From positions 957,642 through 1,021,641 of the forward strand of contig JAFLBX010000002.1 in assembly GCA_017303675.1 (NCBI GenBank): 64,000 bases of DNA, read 5' to 3'. Positions 49,390 through 57,173 of this stretch are shown here, piece by piece. The stretch's first letter is position 1; every line of letters starts with the position of its first letter. Under the pieces are notes generated by a model. That model searched no databases. It was not told where the DNA came from and saw nothing but the letters and a program-made list of their open reading frames with translations. Source of the DNA: Ignavibacteria bacterium. GTDB taxonomy: Bacteria > Bacteroidota > Ignavibacteria > Tepidaquicellales > OLB5. A program made the position numbers and the translations under genes.

Positions 49390-49773
49390 GGCATAATGTC
49401 CCTCGAAAGGAGTTTCTTATGTTTAGAAACATTTTTGAGGGCGGCGTGCCTCTATAATATTATGGATACAACACGGTGAATATCTACTGCACAGTCAGTG
49501 ATAATGATATTCTCTGGGTAATCTAATTTTGAAACAATCCTCAGGATGAAAGCACCAATATGGTGCAAACGTCGTCTTTAGGAACTTCGAAAAAGGAAAA
49601 CTGCGAGTCTAACCAACGAAAAACAGAAAGCCGAAAGAAAACATAAGATTATAGAGGGCAACCCAACCTAAAAAGTTGGGGTATAGTAGAAAACGGCTGA
49701 GGGTGGTTCCCTCAGTGTCTAGCCTACCGCGCACTCACCCTCAATTTAGACCCCTCATTTGAGGGGTTTTTTA
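49390..49773 (+). ncRNA. candidate approximately 380-nt plus-strand transcript (ncRNA or leader-peptide RNA), unclassified
   Basis: Bounded by a Bacteroidetes-style promoter candidate and a plus-oriented terminator. Its only ORFs are tiny, including a 12-codon ORF at 49419-49457 (MFRNIFEGGVPL) preceded by AAAGGAG. It contains several local hairpins. Confidence 0.3.
49749..49773 (+). terminator. rho-independent terminator oriented for plus-strand transcription
   Basis: cccctcatttgagggg is followed by tttttt on the plus strand. On the minus strand the stem is followed by tctaaatt, which is a poor terminator tail. Confidence 0.65.
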
Positions 49774-49851
49774 TTGTATTTACTGCAACTTTTTAGACGC
49801 TATAAATGAAATATTTAAAATTAGAAAGTTCACTTTTTTAAAAAACTTTTA

Positions 49852-50583
49852 TTAATTCTTTAATAGTTCAACAGCATACTTTTTGACTTTTTCCGATAAT
49901 ACCTGTTCACTAAATCCACAAAGCAAACCAATTAAAACTGTAACTCGGAAATCAGAATTTATATCAACTGTAGAAATACTACCCAATTCAATGTTTACAA
50001 CACCTAAACTAAAAAGTAAACCAATAATTAGTGTTAACAAGCCCGCAAATGAAAGTCGAATAACTGGCTCTAGTCTATCCTCTTCTATGATATGCAGGTT
50101 TTCAAAACTTAATTGTGTTTTCCTTGCTCCAAATGACAACCAAACACCAGGCATTGAACTAGCAATCAATATTAGATAAATGGTTGAAGACCAATTATTG
50201 TAATAACTGACAAATGAAATTAATACAAAAAATAAGCAAAATGCTATTGAGTAAATACCCAACTTTATCATATATTTATTTTTAATAATTCCACTCATTT
50301 TAACAACAATATCATATTTCAAATTGGCCAATGCTTGTAAAGCAACTACTGGATTTGCATTAGCACCAGCTAAACCAGCTTGTGCTAGAGAAAGGATTTG
50401 AAAAAAGTATTGCATATAAGATTTATTATCATCTTTAAAGATATTTTGTAACACAACCAATGCTTTCTCAATATCACCTTTCAAAATGAGTTGATTGCTT
50501 GAAGGAATATTTTCAGTAATATTAAATAAAATCTCCTTAGGAAATTCTTTATGTTGTGAAACTATAAATGCACCTTTTTCCAT
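49852..50583 (-). CDS. membrane protein (soluble N-domain + 4 TM), unknown function
   Basis: ATG 50583 lies 2 nt after the upstream stop, with GGGAGA 5 nt upstream. TM segments are IYSIAFCLFFVLISFVSYY, IYLILIASSMPGVWLSF, FAGLLTLIIGLLFSLGVV and VTVLIGLLCGF. Confidence 0.5.
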   Translation of the reverse strand: MEKGAFIVSQHKEFPKEILFNITENIPSSNQLILKGDIEKALVVLQNIFKDDNKSYMQYFFQILSLAQAGLAGANANPVVALQALANLKYDIVVKMSGIIKNKYMIKLGIYSIAFCLFFVLISFVSYYNNWSSTIYLILIASSMPGVWLSFGARKTQLSFENLHIIEEDRLEPVIRLSFAGLLTLIIGLLFSLGVVNIELGSISTVDINSDFRVTVLIGLLCGFSEQVLSEKVKKYAVELLKN

Positions 50584-50585
50584 AA

Positions 50586-50789
50586 TTATCTCCCACAACA
50601 GGGGCATTTATCTACTTCACCCCCTGTAAAAGAGAAAGATTTACCCAATTTATTAAAACCTTCTGACAGATCTTTGCTCTTATCAATCTCTTCTAACTCT
50701 TTTAATAATTTATCTTCAGTAGTCGTTCTTTTGGTATATCCTTTTTTATCTAATTTCTCTTTAACTTGTTTTAACATTGGTGTTAACAT
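50586..50789 (-). CDS. small charged protein with C-terminal CPCCGR tail, unknown function
   Basis: 67-aa ORF with a strong SD (GGGAGG, 5 nt spacer) before the ATG. Translationally coupled to the downstream membrane protein. Confidence 0.45.
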   Translation of the reverse strand: MLTPMLKQVKEKLDKKGYTKRTTTEDKLLKELEEIDKSKDLSEGFNKLGKSFSFTGGEVDKCPCCGR

Positions 50790-50840
50790 TTTAACCTCCC
50801 GATTATGTTTAGTTTATAAAAATTCTTTTTTTTTGATTAT

Positions 50841-51320
50841 TCACTCTACTTCTACCAACCATTTATAATTAATCATTACCCAGCCATCCTCTGACTTTGG
50901 GTCAACTTTACTTGAACCTTTTACATTTAATGTTCCATCGATATTAACAGTAAAAGACCCATTTGATTTTAGCTTGTATAAGTTCTTTACGTTTTCTCTT
51001 GTTAAGTCACATCTTGGACAACCGACAACAGTTCCGTCATTGAAGTAACCGACAAGACCGCCATTAGATGAAAAGAGGTATTGTAATTTCCGCTTATTCT
51101 GATTTTCTTCTTTACTACTTTTATTATCTCGCTCTACTTTGTCCGTAGTGTTCTCTTTCTCAACTAACTCTTTTTCCCTAATATTTAATTCTTTTTCTTT
51201 TAAGTTTAATTCGCGCTCCTTTAATGAATCATCTTTCGTACATTTTGAGAGAGTGCAAATAAATAGAAACAAGAAAAAGCTTAAACAAGATTTCAAAAGA
51301 ATGTTTTTAATTTTTTCCAT
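50841..51320 (-). CDS. secreted/membrane-anchored protein with KE-rich coiled-coil, unknown function
   Basis: Signal-like LLKSCLSFFLFLFICTLSKC, a coiled-coil KERELNLKEKELNIREKELVEKE, and a C-terminal beta-rich domain with CPRCD. ATG 51320 is preferred; TTG 51338 is possible. Confidence 0.45.
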   Translation of the reverse strand: MEKIKNILLKSCLSFFLFLFICTLSKCTKDDSLKERELNLKEKELNIREKELVEKENTTDKVERDNKSSKEENQNKRKLQYLFSSNGGLVGYFNDGTVVGCPRCDLTRENVKNLYKLKSNGSFTVNIDGTLNVKGSSKVDPKSEDGWVMINYKWLVEVE

Positions 51321-51346
51321 ATTGTAATATTGTTTCAATTTCTATT

Positions 51347-54300
51347 TTAATCCCCCTCAACAATCTTTATTTCTTCTTCGGTTAAGCCGTAAAGCTCGTA
51401 AACCAACCGGTCAATCTGGCGGTCAAGTGCGTTGCTCTTATTTTCGTAAAAGGTTTTATCTTTGTCTGTGTTTACTCGGTTTAAAACTGATTTGGTTTTT
51501 ATCAAATTATCAACATTCTCAATAATAGCATAATAGATGTTTTTATTTTCATCCTTAATATTCTTAATTTTTAACCTTCCAAAATATTGTTTTGTACATG
51601 TAACCCACCCGCCCCTGAAAATATTACTTATATTTCTCAGGTACCAAAATAATAACTTTGAATTAATAAGACCTAATACGTATTTCTCTGAATAATTCTG
51701 ATTTAAAACAGTAATACTAAAACCTCCGCTTGCCATCAAACAATATTTCGAATTGCCCGATATTAGCGAAAAAGATCCTTTCTCTGCCAAAAGAGGAATT
51801 AGGATTTGAGAGTTTTCATGCAATTTCAAATTTCTAGGAGCGCTATAACTATACCATTCTTTGAATTGTTTTCTCTTTTTTAGCTGCAATTTGTTCTGTA
51901 TTAAATACTTGTATGCATTTGGGAATCTTTCATTCAATTCAGCCTCACCAATTAACTCAAAACCATCATTTATGAAATAATATGGAAAAATTATCCTAAA
52001 TGTATTTATAGGGTTGAATAAATATCTTTTGAAGTCTGTTGCAAATATTGGGACCCTACTGATTTCTGCTTCAATGTTATTTTTTGTAAATTCCGATTCA
52101 TCAAGCATAAAGATCTTATCATTACCCGAAGATGACCCCCTACTTATTTCACAAGGTAACTGTAATAATTCTGTTGTATTTAATTCTAATTTTTCAATAA
52201 TGCTCTTGAATTTTAAATTTTCGAATTCCCATTCAGTACCTATTTCTGAAATATCATAAGTAATGTATTCAATCTTATCCTCTCTTAAATTCGAAACACT
52301 TGGTTTAGAGAACCTAAATGAGTTTGTGCTCTTTTTTTGCAAAACTATAATTGACGTATAAGTAGTTGCATTTACGAATATTTGTTGTTGTCTAAAATCC
52401 AAAATTGTATTTAGAAGATTACCTGCATATATGAATTTTCGAATATTTTCTCCATAGTCAGTAGTAAAAAATTTATTAGGCACAATAAAACTAGTTAACC
52501 CTCTTTGATTAATGCTATATATAGCTTTTTCGATAAAAACTACATACAAATCATAATTGCCCGATTTGGCTGAAAGATAATATTTTTTCAAATAATCTGC
52601 AATTTTGGGTGTGGTTTCTTTGAAAATTTGAATTCTAACATACGGCGGATTACCAACAATTGCATCAAATCCACCATTTTTCATAATAGCAGGAAAGGCA
52701 TCTTCAAAGTTCATTGCGTTAATTTTCTTTTCTTCTTCTTCAGACCACCCCGTCGCTTCGCGCCACCCCTCCTTGGCAAGGAGGGGAGCGTCGTTTGTAT
52801 AAATATCAGTACCAATTAATGAGTTACCGCAGATAATATTTTTGCTCAGGTCAGGCAGGATCTTTTCTTTAAACATTGCCTGCATTTCGTTTGCAGTTGC
52901 AAGGGTTTCATCTTCAAGCAGCTTTAAATAAAGTGAAAGCTGGGTTACTTCAACTGCCTGGTGATCAATATCAACTCCGTAAACATTATTAAGGAGAATC
53001 TGCCTTTTCTGTTTTAGTGAAAGTACCCACAAGCCATTACTGAAAATACAGCCGTCAGCTTTTGCTTCCTTAGGGTTTAGCTGGTAATACTTTGAGTGAT
53101 ACCTGAGAAGAGTATCGTAAACGGTAATTAAAAATGAACCGCTTCCGCAGGAAATATCGGCAAACCTAAGCTTTGATATTTCAGCAGGTGTTTTACCTTC
53201 GATAAGCTTGCCTACAGTGTTATCAACAATATACTGGACAATATACTGCGGAGTGTAATAAACGCCGCCGGCTTTGCGAACTTCGGGTTTTTCTTCAATG
53301 GTAACACGTTTATCTGTAGCGTGAACTACCTTACCCAGGAAGCGCTCATATATGCTGCCTAATATGTGAATCGGGATCGAGTTAAAGTTATACGGCGAGT
53401 TAATATGAGAAAGCTCTTTGCAAATATCCTCAAAGTCTTTGTCATCAGGGACAATTGCTGTGTTAGACCCCCTTTGTATTTCCCCATTGTTAAGTGGGAG
53501 TCGATCGATGAAATGCTCTTTAAATACGATACCGTTATACTTAGCATTGAGCGAGCGGCAGTCAGCAATGAAATCACCCCATGCTGTGCCTTTATCTCCA
53601 TATGTGCTTATATGATGCTCGCCTTCTATCAGCATATCTTCGAGGAAACGGATAAATACAAGGCGGTCAATTGTCCGCTGGGTTGCCTCGGTTAATTCTT
53701 CACTTGTAAGCGCGGGGTTTTTCTTTTTGAAAGAGCGGGCAAGGGTATTTCTGATCTCATCGAGCTCTTCAAGGAATGATTCATCAATGCTCTGGTATGA
53801 ACCGGGGAACAAGCCTTTTTGCACGGCTTTGCCGCGCGGCTTCGGCATTGTTTCGGCAAATTTTTCTATTGAGCCTGATTCAACCGCTTCACGGGAAAAG
53901 AGGTAATACAGCTTAGAGAATTTTTCCTTATCGGTATATTCAGTGTAATGGAAGCTTAAAACTTTCCGTTCTTTGGTATATTTTATATCAGGCTTATAAC
54001 GTGAATCCAGAATATGGAATTCTTCGAAATCAGTGAGGACAACAAGCGGAGTTTGGGCATTCCATCCGTAACGTATCGCCTGGAAGGAATCATATGGATT
54101 GGCAAGTGAGCGGGAGGGTTTTTTAGCTTCAACATAAAATTTGGGGTCACGGTAATTTGGTGAAAGGAAAAAAGCGTAATCAGCGCGTTTTTGGGTTTCT
54201 TTATCTTTTACACGGCGTTCTACTTTTACTTCCTGCTCGTAAGGATTTTTCTGGTGTTCATGGTTTACGTCCCATCCCAGGGCAATGAACAGCTTATCTA

Positions 54301-54415
54301 TGAAATCAAGCCTTGCCTGGGATTCAGAGTAATCAGAGGCCAGGTAATGTTTTTCGTTGGCGTTAAAATCGTTTACAAGTTTTTCAATTAAGCTGTATGC
54401 AGATTCAAGGGACAT
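51347..54415 (-). CDS. type IIG restriction-modification enzyme (fused PD-(D/E)xK nuclease, gamma-class N6-adenine methyltransferase, TaqI-like specificity domain; Eco57I-like)
   Basis: The N-terminal nuclease motif is ADYAFFL...FYVEAKKP. The AdoMet motif I is ADISCGSGSFL and motif IV is IVGNPPYV. The C-terminal LINSKLLFWYLRNISNIFRGGWVTCTKQYFGRLKI is TaqI_C-like. The 1022-aa ORF is intact. Confidence 0.85.
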   Translation of the reverse strand: MSLESAYSLIEKLVNDFNANEKHYLASDYSESQARLDFIDKLFIALGWDVNHEHQKNPYEQEVKVERRVKDKETQKRADYAFFLSPNYRDPKFYVEAKKPSRSLANPYDSFQAIRYGWNAQTPLVVLTDFEEFHILDSRYKPDIKYTKERKVLSFHYTEYTDKEKFSKLYYLFSREAVESGSIEKFAETMPKPRGKAVQKGLFPGSYQSIDESFLEELDEIRNTLARSFKKKNPALTSEELTEATQRTIDRLVFIRFLEDMLIEGEHHISTYGDKGTAWGDFIADCRSLNAKYNGIVFKEHFIDRLPLNNGEIQRGSNTAIVPDDKDFEDICKELSHINSPYNFNSIPIHILGSIYERFLGKVVHATDKRVTIEEKPEVRKAGGVYYTPQYIVQYIVDNTVGKLIEGKTPAEISKLRFADISCGSGSFLITVYDTLLRYHSKYYQLNPKEAKADGCIFSNGLWVLSLKQKRQILLNNVYGVDIDHQAVEVTQLSLYLKLLEDETLATANEMQAMFKEKILPDLSKNIICGNSLIGTDIYTNDAPLLAKEGWREATGWSEEEEKKINAMNFEDAFPAIMKNGGFDAIVGNPPYVRIQIFKETTPKIADYLKKYYLSAKSGNYDLYVVFIEKAIYSINQRGLTSFIVPNKFFTTDYGENIRKFIYAGNLLNTILDFRQQQIFVNATTYTSIIVLQKKSTNSFRFSKPSVSNLREDKIEYITYDISEIGTEWEFENLKFKSIIEKLELNTTELLQLPCEISRGSSSGNDKIFMLDESEFTKNNIEAEISRVPIFATDFKRYLFNPINTFRIIFPYYFINDGFELIGEAELNERFPNAYKYLIQNKLQLKKRKQFKEWYSYSAPRNLKLHENSQILIPLLAEKGSFSLISGNSKYCLMASGGFSITVLNQNYSEKYVLGLINSKLLFWYLRNISNIFRGGWVTCTKQYFGRLKIKNIKDENKNIYYAIIENVDNLIKTKSVLNRVNTDKDKTFYENKSNALDRQIDRLVYELYGLTEEEIKIVEGD
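52766..52786. repeat. perfect 9-bp-stem palindrome inside the R-M coding sequence
   Basis: cccctccttggcaaggagggg sits within a roughly 50-nt patch of about 70% GC (52744-52793). The patch encodes ...PLLAKEGWREATGWSEE... in frame. Confidence 0.8.
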
Positions 54416-54498
54416 AGTTAGTCCTCATTTTATATAAATTAATGGTAATATCAAATTTAGAAAAAAGTAATTTCTAATAAAACCCTAAAACAAAAATA

Positions 54499-54555
54499 GC
54501 GCAAATCACACACATGGGAACAATGATATGCTCCGCGCTTATGTATGATTTGCGC
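54499..54555. promoter_or_regulatory. imperfect inverted repeat upstream of the R-M gene
   Basis: gcgcaaatcacacacat (54499-54515) pairs with atgtatgatttgcgc (54541-54555). It lies 85-140 nt upstream of the R-M start codon. Confidence 0.25.
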
Positions 54556-54663
54556 CACCCTCTTTTCAAATATCAAATAACAAAGAACAAATAGCAATGA
54601 AAAAATCAATTGCTTAAGTATTCAGGGAAGTTGGTTTGGGTTTGAGGAGTTTTAGTGATTAAT

Positions 54664-54905
54664 GAGATTGCTTCGCTTTCGCTTGCAATTTATATATTTT
54701 TCTTGTGACCCCCACTCCACGAGTCAAGGACTCGGTAGAGTCATAGACCAACTCCCCCTGCAAGGGGGAGAGTGACTATGTTTGCCCTACGATTTCGCTA
54801 GCAAAGCTTCTGCAGCAGGCGCGGCTTGCCCGCCTGGATTTATTTATTCATCAAAAGCAGACCTCCCCTAATGCCGCTGGCTTGACCAAGCGGGACGTTT
54901 CTACA
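54664..54905. repeat. composite repeat block B-C (right flank of island, same orientation as the left copy)
   Basis: It shares two identical runs with 47486-47560: atttttcttgtgacccccactccacgagtcaa (32 nt) and gactcggtagagtcatagacc (21 nt). It also shares gcaggcgcggcttgcccgcctggatttat and catcaaaagcagac. Confidence 0.85.
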
Positions 54906-55011
54906 ACAATTTTCGTCTAGATCCTTCGACGAAGTTTATCCCGCAAAATTTTTTGCGGGACTCAGGATGACATGGATTAAAGCTTACGTATAGATTACAA
55001 GAACATGTGTT

Positions 55012-55300
55012 GTCATTCTGAACGAAGCGAAGCGGAGTGAAGTCACGCAGTGCTCTTCTACATCTAGACGATTTTTTACAATGCTACCGACTCATTTGGA
55101 ATTCCCTCCGCTCGCAAAATTATTATGGGCTTCTGCAGCAGGTGCGGCTTGTCCGCCTGGATTTATTCATTCATCAAAAGCAGACGTCCCAGCGGGACGT
55201 CTATACAGAGGCAAAATTTTTATTTTTCTTGTGACCCCCTCTCCACGAGTCAAAGACTCGGTAGAGTCATAGACCTGCTCCCCCTGCCAGGGGGAGAGTC
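55012..55300. repeat. composite repeat block A-C'-B' (rearranged third set)
   Basis: Module A is at 55012-55084 (gtcattctgaacgaagcgaagcggagtgaagtcacgcagtgctcttctacatctagacg). A shortened C is at 55125-55205 and B at 55210-55300. Confidence 0.85.
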
Positions 55301-55302
55301 AA

Positions 55303-56985
55303 TTACTGCATCTTGGCGGATTTGAGGATGATGGTGTTGAGGCCATCGATATACATATCGCGGACCTTTTTGCTCTTTAAATAAACAACCTGGTTGTAAT
55401 ATAAAATTACCCATGGCGCATCTTCGAGCACGATCTCTTCCATTTGGTTATAAAGTTTTGCGCGGGTGTTAAAATCGGTAAGGCGCATTGCAAGCTCATA
55501 TAATGAATCAGCCGCCATGTTTTGATAATGCGTGTAATTGGGTCCGGCCGGTGAGTGGTTTTTGCTGTAAAAAAGCGCCATGAAGTTTTCGGGGTCAAAA
55601 TAATCAGCGCCCCAGTTGCCGCGCCAGAAGTTAAGCTCTCCCCCGACCTGTGATGAGCGCATGGTTGATGCCTGCATAAAATCAAGCTGGGCATCTATTC
55701 CAAGATCGCGAAGCTGCGCCTGCACTGATTCCCCAATAAGCTTCTGTGTATCATCATTTGATACCACAAGCTTAAGCGTTAATCCTTTTCCATCGTGGTA
55801 ACCGGCTTCGCTGAGGAGCTGTTTGGCTTTGGCAGGATCAAAGCTGTAGCCTTTGAGCTCTTTGTTATAGCCCGGCATGCCGGGCGGGATGGGTCCGTTA
55901 ACCCCGGGTGTGCCGCGGAACTTCAGCACATAGCTGATAATTTTCTGGCGGTCGATGGCGTAGTTTATCGCCTGGCGAAGCTTGCGGTTATCTGAAAGGA
56001 CGTTGTTCTTTCCGCCGGGTACATTTTTATCAAGCTGTATTCCAAGGTAAACCGTATTAAGCCATGGCTGTTTGATAAGCTCAAACTCCTTTGTGTATTC
56101 AGGCTTAAGCGCTCCGGTTTCATCGGTTATCTGGCTTAATACTTCGGGAGAAGGTTCGTAGTATTCAAACCTTCCCTGCTGGAAATCGAGGAATGCGGTT
56201 TCACTGGATTTGATGAAGCTTACTTTGATGCCATCAAGATATACAAGCGGCTTGCCTGCTTTATTCAGGCTCCAGTAATTGGGATTTTTTGTCATTTCAA
56301 GCTCGCGGTCAACTTCCCACTTAACGAATTTAAAGGGTCCCGTGCCAACCGGGTTATAGCCGAAGTTATCTTTGTAGAACTCAACGGCTTCTTTGGGGTA
56401 AACAAATGAATACGGCATTGTAAGTATGCTCAAAAACGGCGCGAACGGTTTTGTGAGCGTAATGATAAGCGTTGTATCATCCGGCGCCTGGATGCCCGTT
56501 ATTTCTTTTACGTTGTTGTGTTTTTCTTTGATTGATGTTATGAACTCAAGTGCGCCTTTAACCTTATCGCGGAAAAGCCATGCCCCGCGTGTTTTGGTGG
56601 ATGGGTCACACACACGCTCAAAGCAGTATTTGAAATCAGAGGCTTTCACTTCCCTGCCTTTTCCGTCCGGGAAGCATTGGTTATCGTGGAAGAAAACCCT
56701 TTTGCGGATTGTGAATGTATAGGTCAGTCCGTCATCTGATATTTTGTATGATGAAGCAAGATTTGGCTCAAGGTTCATTTCACGGGAGTATTCCAGAAGA
56801 CCTTCGGTCATTTGCTGCAGCGGCCAGCCGGCAGCAAAGTTGCTGCACATAATGGGGTCAAGATTTTCTATCCCCTGCGCTTCGTTATACCTGAAAATAT
56901 TTTCAGAGGTTTCTTTTTTTGAGCAGGAGGTGAGGAGAATTGAACCAATAAAAAATAAGCAATATAAAATTAGTCTGATCTTCAT
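55303..56985 (-). CDS. ABC transporter substrate-binding lipoprotein, family 5 (peptide/nickel, OppA/DppA-like)
   Basis: Lipobox LLTSC and a YNPVGTGPFKFVKW signature. 560 aa. No permease or ATPase genes are adjacent. Confidence 0.85.
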   Translation of the reverse strand: MKIRLILYCLFFIGSILLTSCSKKETSENIFRYNEAQGIENLDPIMCSNFAAGWPLQQMTEGLLEYSREMNLEPNLASSYKISDDGLTYTFTIRKRVFFHDNQCFPDGKGREVKASDFKYCFERVCDPSTKTRGAWLFRDKVKGALEFITSIKEKHNNVKEITGIQAPDDTTLIITLTKPFAPFLSILTMPYSFVYPKEAVEFYKDNFGYNPVGTGPFKFVKWEVDRELEMTKNPNYWSLNKAGKPLVYLDGIKVSFIKSSETAFLDFQQGRFEYYEPSPEVLSQITDETGALKPEYTKEFELIKQPWLNTVYLGIQLDKNVPGGKNNVLSDNRKLRQAINYAIDRQKIISYVLKFRGTPGVNGPIPPGMPGYNKELKGYSFDPAKAKQLLSEAGYHDGKGLTLKLVVSNDDTQKLIGESVQAQLRDLGIDAQLDFMQASTMRSSQVGGELNFWRGNWGADYFDPENFMALFYSKNHSPAGPNYTHYQNMAADSLYELAMRLTDFNTRAKLYNQMEEIVLEDAPWVILYYNQVVYLKSKKVRDMYIDGLNTIILKSAKMQ

Positions 56986-57145
56986 AATTTTTTTTAGCTG
57001 CAGGTCACAAGACCTGCAGCGGGGTATTTTTGTTAATTTATTTTAACAGGCAAAGATATGGCTTTATAGGGAAAGATAAAATTTAAATAAATGTTCAGAT
57101 TTGAGTTTCGTATTTCATAGATTTTGCTCTGAAAAAAACTTTATG

Positions 57146-57173
57146 TCTGGATTCCCGCTTTCGCGGGAATGAC
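57146..57173 (-). repeat. REP-like hairpin (GTCATTCCCGCGAAAGCGGGAATCCAGA)
   Basis: Read directly from the sequence. It lies between two copies of a 21-nt direct repeat, agggaaagataaaatttaaat, at 57068-57088 and 57192-57212. Confidence 0.8.

Noticed and set aside
49300-49800. tmRNA, RNase P RNA or retron msr/msd in the ORF-free interval
   Set aside because: There is no tRNA-like acceptor/T-arm (GGTTCGAATCC...CCA) or tag-peptide reading frame ending in a hydrophobic tail for tmRNA. The GAGGAAAGTCC-type RNase P core is absent. No reverse transcriptase gene is nearby for a retron. It is kept only as an unclassified ncRNA candidate.
47486-54905. Prophage or classical integrative element
   Set aside because: There are no integrase, transposase, capsid or terminase genes. 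There is no tRNA at the boundary: tRNA-Lys at 45043 is separated from the segment by atpDC. Only a repeat-flanked accessory segment can be supported.
55037-55325. Three overlapping small ORFs (63-66 aa) upstream of the substrate-binding protein stop
   Set aside because: All three lie in the A-C'-B' repeat block, in three different frames. They are repeat-derived, not genes.
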